A DNA stretch of 64,000 nt from positions 64,001 to 128,000 of the forward strand of contig CAWEJX010000007.1 of the NCBI GenBank assembly GCA_963809485.1. Direction: 5' to 3'. Shown in pieces: positions 1-8,783 of this stretch. Each line of letters opens with the position of its first letter. The first letter of the stretch is position 1. The DNA is from an uncultured Acidobacteriota bacterium (GTDB taxonomy: Bacteria > Acidobacteriota > UBA6911). A model generated the notes under the pieces. That model was not told where the DNA came from and did not search any database. It saw only the letters and a list, made by a program, of their open reading frames with translations. The position numbers and the translations under genes were made by a program.

Positions 1-1569
1 ATAGTTTTCAAATTCAATCGTGTAGTAATTCCTGAAATGCTCCCGGATATCCTTCTCGATATCCGGATCATACCCGGGCGAAACGAAGAGAGTCCTGCCG
101 TATGTCTCCTGGCGAATGTGGCCTTCCTCCACCAGGACCAGCCCTGCCTTGATGACATACCGGGGATTGGCGAACATCTGCTCCTTGTCGTCGTTATTGT
201 CATAAATGGTGATATCGGCATCGGCGCCAACTCCCAGGTGCCCTTTGTGCGAAAGTCCAAGCAGGCGCGCAGGGCCCGCCCTGGTTATTATGGCGATTTC
301 CGAGAGCGAATATTCCCGGTCGTGATCGGGCAGGGTGGTTTTGGCAATCGCCTTGGGATTCACCTTCTTCAAAGTCTCGCGCCGGTACTCGCGGTCCATG
401 AGCAGGCGGATGATCTGCGGATAGGCGACAAAGGAGGCGCCGTTGGGATGATCCGTGGACAGGGCGATACGCCAGGGATCGCGCACCAGCAGGAACCACT
501 CCAGGCCGATCGCCCATTGCGTGGTGTGCACGTGGTTTTTGTCTTTGTATTCAACCGGCACTATGCCGCAGCCTTCTTCGTTCTCCACGTCCACATTTAC
601 CCACTTCCGCCCGCTGATCTGATGCAGCATGTAAGCCAGCGGGCTGTCGCCGGTCATTGAAGTCGTGTCGCCGAACATGACCTGGCCGATATCAACGGTA
701 AGGTTCGGGTGCGTGTTCACATATTCCGCCAGTTCCGGGACCCGTGAGGTGAACAGCCCGCCCGGACGCCCTCCATAGCTGTGGAACTGGACGTGCGCCA
801 GGTGGCCGCGCCGGCCGTCCAGCGCTTGCATGGTATCCATTGTGGTTTTCCAGTTGCCGGCGACTCCCAGATTATTGCAATGGATGTGCGCGCAGTGCGG
901 CAGGTGCAGATCCATGCTCGCTTCAGTCAGCGATTGGATAATCTGGCGCGGCGTTACACCAAACCCGCTCACCTCATCGTCGATAGTGTGGGCGTTTCCC
1001 CCGGATTTCCACAGCTCGACCCCGCCCGGGTTCACCAGCTTTACCGCAAATCCGCGCGTCGCCTGCAGCAGCCAGGCGATGTAATGGCGGACCTTTTCGC
1101 GCTCCCCGGCGGCGATCTGCCGCATGATGAATTCGTTGTTCCCCATCAGCACCATGAAACCCTTGTCAATGACGGGGGTATCCATGAACTCTTCATGGGC
1201 ATGGCGCGCCACCATGGGTGGGACCGCCGCATCCATGGCTGTGGTATAGCCCATTGCGGCATAGCGATAGCCCGTAGCAAAGGTGGATGGCACAGTCCTG
1301 CCGGCACCCGAGCGGGTGACCGGTGTGCGCGACAGGGGCGCCAGGCGGTTGTCTTCCGGCCGCATTTTTCGCGCAATATTGACCTTGGGCCCCGCTATAT
1401 GGCAGTGCATGTCCACCCCGCCGGGCATAACTACCATCCCTGCCGCATCGATGGTTCTTCCGCCGGCATCGGAAGCCGCGATTTGCCCATCCTTGACGAA
1501 GATATTGCGGACCTCGCCGTTGATGCCGTTGATCGGGTCGTAGACTTCGCCATTTATGATTTTCAGCAT
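1..1569 (-). CDS. fwdA: Formylmethanofuran dehydrogenase / formyltransferase-hydrolase complex subunit A (amidohydrolase), 3'-truncated by window edge
   Basis: Not in the ORF track (no stop inside the window). Manual translation from ATG 1569 gives MLKIINGEVYDPINGINGEVRNIFVKDG...PGGVDMHCHIAGPKVN...GYTTAMDAA...KLVNPGGVE...HIHCNNLG...HVQFHSYG...STDHPNG...YYTIEFENY, the FwdA/FmdA/FhcA signatures. Confidence 0.93.
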   Translation of the reverse strand, partial: MLKIINGEVYDPINGINGEVRNIFVKDGQIAASDAGGRTIDAAGMVVMPGGVDMHCHIAGPKVNIARKMRPEDNRLAPLSRTPVTRSGAGRTVPSTFATGYRYAAMGYTTAMDAAVPPMVARHAHEEFMDTPVIDKGFMVLMGNNEFIMRQIAAGEREKVRHYIAWLLQATRGFAVKLVNPGGVELWKSGGNAHTIDDEVSGFGVTPRQIIQSLTEASMDLHLPHCAHIHCNNLGVAGNWKTTMDTMQALDGRRGHLAHVQFHSYGGRPGGLFTSRVPELAEYVNTHPNLTVDIGQVMFGDTTSMTGDSPLAYMLHQISGRKWVNVDVENEEGCGIVPVEYKDKNHVHTTQWAIGLEWFLLVRDPWRIALSTDHPNGASFVAYPQIIRLLMDREYRRETLKKVNPKAIAKTTLPDHDREYSLSEIAIITRAGPARLLGLSHKGHLGVGADADITIYDNNDDKEQMFANPRYVIKAGLVLVEEGHIRQETYGRTLFVSPGYDPDIEKDIREHFRNYYTIEFENY

Positions 1570-1594
1570 GATTCGGACTCCTCCACACCGGCCA

Positions 1595-2776
1595 TCAGAA
1601 TTTACCACGAGGAGGGCTGGCCAAACTCTCATTTTTGGGCAAGATTTCTGTCCTCAGCTTTCCGGCCTGGGCGATCATTGCACCAAGCATTTCGTCATAT
1701 GTGGGACAAGCGGCCAGGATCGTGCAGATGGGGCCGCCCCTGGGCAGTATTTCGCCGGCTGCCGGGACATCCCGTATTGCCCTTGCCGTCCATTTCCGGG
1801 TATCGGGAGCGATGGCGTCCGATTCGGCAAACAGGATCGCCTTCCCGAAGAATTCTCCGCCCGCTGCCCGGGCCGCAAGGTCGAAATCGGGAAGCTTGCA
1901 TTCCAGCACCGCCTGAAGGTGAAGGCGAAAAACAGGCAGGCCATAGGCCTGCTCCACCAATTCCATGGAGGCCGAATAGCGCGGGTTGACCTCGGTCAGC
2001 CATACCTGACCGCAGCTCAGGATGAAATCGATTCCATTAACGCCGATCAGACCATATTCCCGGGTAAGGAATCCGGCCAAGCGTCTCACCTGATCGAGAA
2101 TCGCAACGCCCGTCTCGGGATGGCAGAATTCAGGAAGAGGCAAGACATTTCCGCAGTAGCGGAATCCACGGGCACCAAACTCCGGAGTGCCTACCAGCTG
2201 CGCCGCAATCCCAAGGACGACACATTCCTGGCCATTGGCCACGAAAGAGGCGGAACAGGGCTTCCCGGGAACATATTTCTGGAGGTAAAAAGGATCACGG
2301 GGGGCCTTATTTCGTTTCAGGAAAGCTATTCCATGGCCTCCCCCGCTCAACGGCGGTCTTATAAGCCAGCAGCGGGCAGGGTCAGCTTCGCTCATCCGGC
2401 CGGCGAAGAGCGTTTGGGGGACCCGGAATCCGGCTGCTTCAAGTTTTTCGTACAACGTCGCCCAGTGGCGAACGGACTCGATCGTCTCGGGAGAATTCCC
2501 GATCACGCGGCATCTGGCAGCGAACCTGCGGATGATTTCGGGGTGATTTTCCAGGTTGGAGGTATAGGCGACACTGTCAAAATTGAGGCGCCCGCTCTTC
2601 TCATAAAGCGACGCTGCGCTATACGGGACATGGAAATCGTAGCGCAGCGAGCGGGATTCGGTCAAGGATTTCAGATCCTGATCCCCGTAGGCGTCCAGCG
2701 CGATCACCGAATAGCCGCTGCGCACTGCAGACTCAGCCATGGCGCGAACGCTTATCCCAACGACCAGGATCTTCAT
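1595..2776 (-). CDS. ATP-grasp carboligase of H4MPT/MFR-linked C1 clusters (COG2232-like)
   Basis: N-term ILVVGISVRAMAESAVRSGYSVIALDAYGDQD; SGGGHGI loop, LQKYVPG, GVNGIDF, EVNPR ATP-grasp motifs; C1 cluster context. Confidence 0.8.
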   Translation of the reverse strand: MKILVVGISVRAMAESAVRSGYSVIALDAYGDQDLKSLTESRSLRYDFHVPYSAASLYEKSGRLNFDSVAYTSNLENHPEIIRRFAARCRVIGNSPETIESVRHWATLYEKLEAAGFRVPQTLFAGRMSEADPARCWLIRPPLSGGGHGIAFLKRNKAPRDPFYLQKYVPGKPCSASFVANGQECVVLGIAAQLVGTPEFGARGFRYCGNVLPLPEFCHPETGVAILDQVRRLAGFLTREYGLIGVNGIDFILSCGQVWLTEVNPRYSASMELVEQAYGLPVFRLHLQAVLECKLPDFDLAARAAGGEFFGKAILFAESDAIAPDTRKWTARAIRDVPAAGEILPRGGPICTILAACPTYDEMLGAMIAQAGKLRTEILPKNESLASPPRGKF

Positions 2777-2905
2777 CGTATGCCTTTTCGCCGGGAAAGG
2801 AGGCCATCCGTCCGGCTTCAGCCTTGCTGTTTTTGTCTCCGGATTCCCGGTTCGCTTTTCTTACAGGCTTCCTGCTGCGGTGAATCCCGGCGCGCCGCCG
2901 AAAAC

Positions 2906-3820
2906 TCAGACAAGCTGTCTGGCAATGCCGTAGACGCCTTCGGTGTCCAAAACCAGGTCGTTTCTTTCGAACAACCGGGCGATGCATGCCTTGTGGACTT
3001 TCATCTTTGGATTGCCGATGGCGAGTGCCCCCAGCGCCCGCTTGCCGCCGTATTCGGCAAAGTCATCCCCGGGTTTGATACCCTCGATGGCCAGCGGCTC
3101 CGTCAGGTTGAAATCCAGCAGCCATTTCACGTTGACCCGTTTCGACCATGAATCCGTCGGGATCATGCGCAATCCGGCCGGGCCCGCCGCCACCACGATC
3201 TCCGCCTGATCCAGCATCGCATCCAGCCCGTCAAGGTCGGCCACATCTTTGATAGAAAGCCCTCCCCCGGCATTTGCGCAGGAACTGACACGGAAGGCTT
3301 CGGCGGCTTTGTGCCCGCTTTCCAGGGTTCGCCGCGCCAGCTCGGAATTGTAGCGCGTCCCCAGCAATTGGGGCGGGATGGAAGTGAGGTGCACGCGGCA
3401 ACCTTCGCCCGCTAGCAGAACTGCAGCCCGCAATCCCACCGGGCCGGGCCCGATCACCAGGGCCACCTTCCCTCGCAGCTCCGCCTGACGGGCCAGTTTG
3501 GCAACGGCAGTGGACGCCGTGGTGTTGCAGCCGTTGGAATCGAGCATGAGCGAGATTTTGAACGGACCGAAAAAGGTCTTGCGGGCTTCGGCCAGCAGTT
3601 GTTCGCCTGCATCCACATCCGAGCCGCCGATCCACACTGCCAGGTCCTTGAGGTCCGGGATGCCGCGGGTGAAAAACGCGCTCAGGATCAGTCCACGCAC
3701 ATCGGAAGGCGCAATCCCGCCGTAGCTCTGCACGATATCCGCTCCGGCATCGTAAGCGACAATGCAGTCAAAAGTGCTGGGGAATTTGTCGTTGTCCAGT
3801 TGAATCAGAATTTTTTTCAT
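2906..3820 (-). CDS. mtd: NAD(P)-dependent methylene-H4MPT/H4F dehydrogenase (MtdA/MtdC-like)
   Basis: MKKILIQLDNDKFPSTFDCIVAYDAGAD...FTRG...IGGSD...FFGPFKISLMLDSNGCNTTA, GPVG Rossmann loop, GALAIGNPKMKVHKACI; ATG 3820 with AAAGGA upstream. Confidence 0.9.
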   Translation of the reverse strand: MKKILIQLDNDKFPSTFDCIVAYDAGADIVQSYGGIAPSDVRGLILSAFFTRGIPDLKDLAVWIGGSDVDAGEQLLAEARKTFFGPFKISLMLDSNGCNTTASTAVAKLARQAELRGKVALVIGPGPVGLRAAVLLAGEGCRVHLTSIPPQLLGTRYNSELARRTLESGHKAAEAFRVSSCANAGGGLSIKDVADLDGLDAMLDQAEIVVAAGPAGLRMIPTDSWSKRVNVKWLLDFNLTEPLAIEGIKPGDDFAEYGGKRALGALAIGNPKMKVHKACIARLFERNDLVLDTEGVYGIARQLV

Positions 3821-3840
3821 GCCGCATCCTTTGGCTGCAG

Positions 3841-3990
3841 GAATCAAGAAGCCTGAAGCCTGAAGTTAGAAGCCGGAAGAGAAGATTGATTATCCCGATG
3901 CATCACCAGGTAGCGGAAGCGTGACAGCCGTGACCGTCAACCGGAAGGCTATTCCGGCTGCCGATTTCTGACTCCGGGCTCTTTGCTTCT
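3841..3990. repeat. Degenerate heptamer repeats in inverted arrangement (AAGCCTG-like / TTCTGAC-like)
   Basis: gaagcctgaagcctgaagttagaagccggaag at about 3848-3879 and roughly complementary ttccggctg...ttctgactccgggct...gcttct at about 3952-3990. Confidence 0.5.
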
Positions 3991-4053
3991 ATGATGAACC
4001 AGATTCAGACCAGGCCCCGAATAACGGAATGCGGCCGCAAGTTCGTGAGGCAC

Positions 4054-5055
4054 TCAGGCATGCTTTCGCACCTGCGCTCCCCGGTTTTGGGGCTGTACGC
4101 AGAAGATCTCGCCTCCACCCAGGCTATCCAGTAAAACCTTTACTTCCTTCACCAGTCGCAAGGCTTTCATTTTCCCGTCCACGAGGCCGTAAACTGCCGG
4201 GCCCCAGGAGCTTTGCCCGGCTCCCAAGGCTCCCCGATCAATCATGAAACCGATCATTTTTTCGGAAATGGAATTGGAAAAACGTCCGCCTTGAACGGAT
4301 GCGAAAAAGTCTCCGACCATGCGCTGGATGTCCGTCAATGCCTGCCCAAAACTAACGGCATCCTTCTCCACCAGTGCCGGCAGCATCTTCATCAGCAGCA
4401 GACGGCTGCTTTTCTCGGCCAGCCGAGCCGGAGCCGGAGGCAATTGCTGAAAAGCGATATTTTCCTTCTCCCCGCTGAAGCCTTTGTCTGCCTTCGGGAT
4501 AACTGTTACGAAATACCAGCTCTTTGGCACCGGGTGCCGGAACAAAACAGGAGGGATGCTGTTTTTTTCCATCCGCCCGGTAAGTCCATCGATTTCGGCG
4601 GGCGCAGGCAGGCCGGAGAGCAGACGGTGTCCGCCATCCAAAACGAAGCCCCCGCGATGGAAGGTTGCGATGCCGATTCCCGAACGCATGCCTCTTCCCA
4701 CTGCCAGCGCGATTTCCCGGGTGCTGAGCCGCAAGCCGGCCAAGGCAGCGAGAGCCGTGCCCACTGCCATGCCTATCTGGGTTCCCGATCCCAGCCCGAC
4801 ATGAGAAGGAATACCAGTCTCCAGATTCAGGCGCGCTCCGGAAGGAGCGCCATAGTGCCGGATAAAACGCCGGGCGTATTCGGCAACCCGCTCGGATTCC
4901 TGACCCTCGGCCAGAAGCCCGTCCGCACTGTCGGCTTTCAGTATCAGATGCGGCTGGGTTATGGCCAATCCGATGCTGCCGTATAGCCGGCCCTGCTCCC
5001 CATTGTTGTCCAGCAGGCCCAGATGGAGGCGTGCGCAGGTTCTGACCTCAATCAT
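4054..5055 (-). CDS. mptG: Beta-ribofuranosylaminobenzene 5'-phosphate (RFAP) synthase, GHMP kinase fold
   Basis: MIEVRTCARLHLGLLD...YGSIG, PSHVGLGSGTQ, GRGMRSGIGIATFHRGGFVLDGG, GQSSWGP; start overlaps the end of the upstream DUF447 gene. Confidence 0.9.
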   Translation of the reverse strand: MIEVRTCARLHLGLLDNNGEQGRLYGSIGLAITQPHLILKADSADGLLAEGQESERVAEYARRFIRHYGAPSGARLNLETGIPSHVGLGSGTQIGMAVGTALAALAGLRLSTREIALAVGRGMRSGIGIATFHRGGFVLDGGHRLLSGLPAPAEIDGLTGRMEKNSIPPVLFRHPVPKSWYFVTVIPKADKGFSGEKENIAFQQLPPAPARLAEKSSRLLLMKMLPALVEKDAVSFGQALTDIQRMVGDFFASVQGGRFSNSISEKMIGFMIDRGALGAGQSSWGPAVYGLVDGKMKALRLVKEVKVLLDSLGGGEIFCVQPQNRGAQVRKHA

Positions 5056-5626
5056 CCCTTCCCCTTTTTTGCAACGTAATCGCAAATTTTGCGACGTAAT
5101 CGTGAACCAGCCGGAAGGCCTCCTTTTCATCCTCACCGCCGGTCTTCTCAACTATTTCACTATAATATACCAGCCTTTCAGCCATAATCCTCCGATCGAT
5201 CTGCTCCAGGCGGGTAGCCAAAATGGTTGCCTCGATCACGGCACTGCCTGCCCGGCAAAATCCCAAAAAATCCTTTTTCCGGCCTCTGTGCAGCACCTGG
5301 CACCGCAGCTCTGCCCGCTCTTCGGTGCCTTCAGAGGAGACCAGCGCCATCTCCAGCCAGGAGCAGGCTCCCTCGAATACCGCACCGGGAATAACAAGGG
5401 CCGGGAAATGGCCGGGGACTTCTTTGTACAATCCGCACCGGACATACGCCAGAGCATTGTCTGTCAGACTGGCCACGCCGTATCCGCTTCTGAGCAAATT
5501 CCTGCACGTGCGTGTATTTCGAAATGGGCGCACGATGACAAAATCCTCTCCCCACACAAGGCCCATCGGCGCGAAATTCGGGCTGCCTGCTTCATCGAGG
5601 GTCGAAAAGATAGTCTCAACAATCAT
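5048..5626 (-). CDS. DUF447 family protein (methanopterin-cluster associated)
   Basis: MIVETIFSTLDEAGSPNFAPMG...RPFRNTRTCRNL...GFCRAGSAVIEATILATRL...EKTGG, typical of DUF447. Confidence 0.85.
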   Translation of the reverse strand: MIVETIFSTLDEAGSPNFAPMGLVWGEDFVIVRPFRNTRTCRNLLRSGYGVASLTDNALAYVRCGLYKEVPGHFPALVIPGAVFEGACSWLEMALVSSEGTEERAELRCQVLHRGRKKDFLGFCRAGSAVIEATILATRLEQIDRRIMAERLVYYSEIVEKTGGEDEKEAFRLVHDYVAKFAITLQKRGRDD

Positions 5627-5686
5627 AGGATATGCTGTTGCTGGCAGCGGCAGCATCCTGCCGCGGGATTGCGCAAGAAATTAGGG

Positions 5687-7006
5687 CTAGGGAACCAGAT
5701 AGCCCCAGCGCAGGCCTTCTTCCTGCGTATATTTTTTCCCGAGCTGCACTGCCAGAAGCGCTTTCTGCAATTCCTTGCCCAGATAAAACGCATACGACGG
5801 ATCCTCAATCTTCATCCTCTTGAAGATCGCCCGGATGTCCCTATCCTTGAAAAAGAGCCGGTTGTTGAACACGTAGATAGTATCCCGGTCGGTGAAAATG
5901 CGATAGTTCCCGTCGCGCACTTTCGCCTGCATTTTGCGCAGTTCGCTCTCACTGAAAGCATCGAATGGGGGATCCTTCACCGTAATCAGCCTGTCATCCA
6001 GGTGTTTGGGCAACAGCTTGTTTTCAAAAGCATAAAACATGAGCCTCCGGGCGATATCGAGCTCCTGAACCGCTCCGCGCGCCCAGCTGGCCACCTCGGT
6101 GGTCAATACATAATCTATCTCCAGTTCCGTGGCGATGGCAGCCAGCACGGCCGTGACTCCGGTGCTGTCGGCCGCCGTAAGCTCCGTGACATTGCCCAAT
6201 CCCATGAGCATCTCGGCCCGCGGATATTTGCGGCGCACAGCGATGAAATTTCCTATCGATTCGGTGAAGCCGAAACTGATCGGATTCAACACGGGATCGA
6301 TGATGTAAGGAACGTTCCATGCTTCAAGCCGGGCGATATTTTCCTCCAGGGAATCCATGCGCTTGCCGAAATCCGGGATGACCACAACCTTGCAGCGCAC
6401 GCGGCGCGCAAGCTCCAGGTTTTGGGAATTGACGCTAAGCAGAAAGTCCGCTCCCGCCCGGTCTGCTTTCAGGACATCATCGGCGTTGAAAGAATCCACG
6501 CTTACCAGGAAGCCCCTCTCCTTTAAAGCGCGAACGACAGTTTCTATTTCAGAGAATCCTCCCTCCAGGGGGCAACCCAAATCTATGACATCCGCCCCGC
6601 CGGCTTTGAAATAGGAGGCCCGCTCCAGTATCCCGTCCAGGCTGAGCTGGTGGGCATCGACGATTTCCGCCATGATTTTCGCGCGGTGAGCGCCATACCC
6701 GGCAGGCTGATGAGTTCTGCCCAAGAAGGACGGGATATCCTTCAGGCTTTTGGGGCCGCGGATCACTTCAATCTTAAGCTTGGCCGCGATGAGCTCCGTG
6801 TCCCCTTTACACAGTCCAGGAATCACAACGGTATCGCAGCCCATGGAATCTTCCAGGTGCCTGGCCGCAAAACGTGTATCCATCAGGGCAGCGACGGAAA
6901 TGGGCAGGATGGCGAGCCTGTATTCGATGCCGGGAGTCATTCCGTCAAGAGTGTCGCCAAGCGAAGGGGCAGCCAGCTTGCCCGTTACAAACAGGTAGCG
7001 AGGCAT
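5687..7006 (-). CDS. Dihydropteroate synthase-related protein of methanopterin biosynthesis (orf20-like)
   Basis: YLFVTGKLA, VAALM, GPKSLKD, AEIVDAH, GADVIDLGC, SVDSF, GLGNVTELTAADSTG, AFYLGKELQKA...YTQEEGLRWG. Confidence 0.87.
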   Translation of the reverse strand: MPRYLFVTGKLAAPSLGDTLDGMTPGIEYRLAILPISVAALMDTRFAARHLEDSMGCDTVVIPGLCKGDTELIAAKLKIEVIRGPKSLKDIPSFLGRTHQPAGYGAHRAKIMAEIVDAHQLSLDGILERASYFKAGGADVIDLGCPLEGGFSEIETVVRALKERGFLVSVDSFNADDVLKADRAGADFLLSVNSQNLELARRVRCKVVVIPDFGKRMDSLEENIARLEAWNVPYIIDPVLNPISFGFTESIGNFIAVRRKYPRAEMLMGLGNVTELTAADSTGVTAVLAAIATELEIDYVLTTEVASWARGAVQELDIARRLMFYAFENKLLPKHLDDRLITVKDPPFDAFSESELRKMQAKVRDGNYRIFTDRDTIYVFNNRLFFKDRDIRAIFKRMKIEDPSYAFYLGKELQKALLAVQLGKKYTQEEGLRWGYLVP

Positions 7007-7512
7007 CGCTCCAACTCCTCCCGGCTGCCGGCGACATGAACTCCGGCGAAGGTTTTGAGTTTTTCCGAATTTTCGAGATCGATCGGCCGTGGAAATATCC
7101 TGACCGTTGCTCCGTGCGTGTCCAACGAATCCACTTCGGTGACCAAATCCGTGGGGTAAACGATAACCGGCACCCGGGATTTGCCGGCTTGCGCAAACAG
7201 ATTGGTTACCAGGGTGTCGGAGATGCCGTGAACAAATTTCGCCACGGAGTTCGAAGTGGCCGGAGCAATTACCAGCACCGAGTACATGCCGCTGTAAAAG
7301 CGCGCCACCAGAGGCGAGCTGGCCTTCCCCTCGCGATAGGTCCGGATATTGGGAATATCGATGCGCACGCTGAGTTTGTATTTTTGCATCACTTCATCGC
7401 CGGCCCGGGAAAGGAATACATCCACTTTCGGTTGTTTCAGGAGCACCTGGACACAATCCTCGAGGCCGTGCCCCGCACCTGTAATTGCCCACGCAATATG
7501 TTTTTCAGCCAT
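6985..7512 (-). CDS. afpA: Archaeal-type flavoprotein AfpA / putative dihydromethanopterin reductase
   Basis: IAWAITGAGH, VFLSRAG, APATSNSVAKFVHGISDTLVTNLFAQAGKSRVP, PRPIDLEN; first gene of the C1 operon. Confidence 0.82.
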   Translation of the reverse strand: MAEKHIAWAITGAGHGLEDCVQVLLKQPKVDVFLSRAGDEVMQKYKLSVRIDIPNIRTYREGKASSPLVARFYSGMYSVLVIAPATSNSVAKFVHGISDTLVTNLFAQAGKSRVPVIVYPTDLVTEVDSLDTHGATVRIFPRPIDLENSEKLKTFAGVHVAGSREELERCLATCL

Positions 7513-7637
7513 AAGACCTCCTCACAGGCCTCTTGAGGTTTTGCAGGCCGCAATATCAAGAATGACACAAAGCACCTTCATTTTGCTACCCGCGCATCTG
7601 AGCGACAATAACCGTTTCTATTTGCGGCGGCTGTTTG

Positions 7638-7693
7638 CAGGTATCACACCCGCAAAGCCGGGGCCCTTGATTTATGAGCCGCTCAAAGCGGCT
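7638..7693. mobile_element. IS200/IS605-like end hairpins (copy of one end of the 16061-16463 element)
   Basis: caggtatc...cgcaaagccgg...cttga...gagccgctcaaagcggct matches 16064-16117 and 20879-20932. Confidence 0.6.
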
Positions 7694-7705
7694 TGTACCT
7701 TATTG

Positions 7706-7790
7706 TCGGGATCGCAATCGGCTTCGGTATCGATACAGCCTTTCGTTTCCCGATTTCGACTCCGATCTCGATTCCGACCCCAATAGCCCC
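7706..7790. repeat. Hexamer repeat hairpin (ATCGGN / CCGATN type)
   Basis: gtcgggatcgcaatcggcttcggtatcgat followed by cccgatttcgactccgatctcgattccgaccc, roughly complementary arms. Confidence 0.55.
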
Positions 7791-8010
7791 AGCGGCTGCA
7801 GCGCCGAAAATTCCTGCATAAGATACAATTGAAACACATCGCTCAAAAATTTCTTTAATATCATGGAGGCGCTTACAGCTCCGGTGGTTCGTACCTTCAT
7901 TTTTCCTGACGCCCGCAAAAAAAATCAAGTTTGCGGGGGACTAACCGTCTACAATGGATTCAAGCAGAGTTGTGGATCAGCAAATTCGCAGGCGCAAACG
8001 GAAACGATAA

Positions 8011-8493
8011 ATGCTCGATGCGGCCGCGGTCATCATAGGAATTGTTCTGATGCTCCTCGGACTGGCCGGAAGCATCCTCCCGATGCTTCCGGGGCCGCCG
8101 CTCAATTTTGCCGGCCTGCTGCTCCTGGCCGTATCCAGACACTTCTCCCCGCCGTTGACACCGGCTCTCATCATCATCCTGGGCATCGTCATGGTTCTGG
8201 TGGCTGTCATGGACCACATAATTCCGCTGATGGGCGCCAGAAAATACGGAGCGTCGAAATGGGGAATCTGGGGTTCCGTGCTGGGTATGCTGATCGGCAT
8301 GTTCGGTTCGCCCCTTGCCATGCTGGCGGGAGGCTTTGCCGGAGCCGTGATAGCCGAGTGGTTTGTACATAAGAAAAAAAAGGAAGCTCTCAAAGCAGGG
8401 TGGGGCGTAATGGTGGGAACCCTGTTTGCCACAATTCTGCGGTTGGGCGTCGCAGGGATTATGACCTACTATTTTATCATGGCAATATTGTAA
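8011..8493 (+). CDS. DUF456 (YqgC-like) membrane protein
   Basis: LAGSILPMLPGPPL, GARKYGASKWGIWGSVLG, GAVIAE, ALKAGWG; hydrophobic throughout. Confidence 0.88.
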   Translation: MLDAAAVIIGIVLMLLGLAGSILPMLPGPPLNFAGLLLLAVSRHFSPPLTPALIIILGIVMVLVAVMDHIIPLMGARKYGASKWGIWGSVLGMLIGMFGSPLAMLAGGFAGAVIAEWFVHKKKKEALKAGWGVMVGTLFATILRLGVAGIMTYYFIMAIL

Positions 8494-8626
8494 GCAGGCG
8501 CGGGCAAATCGTGTAAGCCGCGCTGACTTTAGTTTGTTTTGAGGCGGGTCCCAATAACGGAAAAAATGGAACGTTTGCACATTGAACGTTGCATGCAGGC
8601 ATATCGAGTGCTCAAGAACGGGATGT

Positions 8627-8759
8627 CCGGAAGCGCCTCATCGGCTTTTGCTCGCCGACCCGCGCCGAACAAATCGGCGTTTGTCAGCGCTTTTGTCAGC
8701 GTTTCTCAGCGTTTCATAATACGGAGCTGTCAAACTCTTTGAGCCCCCCGGCAGAGCCG
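8627..8759. mobile_element. Partial copy (other end) of the IS200-like miniature element
   Basis: About 130 bp nearly identical to 16312-16443 (cggaagcgcctcatcggct...acggagctgtcaaactctttgag.ccccggcagagccg). Confidence 0.75.
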
Positions 8760-8783
8760 TCCTCACCTAAATCCAGCCAGGCA

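Noticed and set aside
37-6526. Long plus-strand ORFs (37-660, 781-1989, 1556-3151, 4961-6526)
   Set aside because: Antisense shadows of recognisable minus-strand C1 genes in GC-rich DNA; no motifs.
1-7512. Evidence for methanogenesis or an archaeal origin of the contig
   Set aside because: No mcr or mtr genes in the window; the surrounding genes, RBS and sigma70/Rex signals are bacterial, and Mtd is the bacterial NAD(P)-type.
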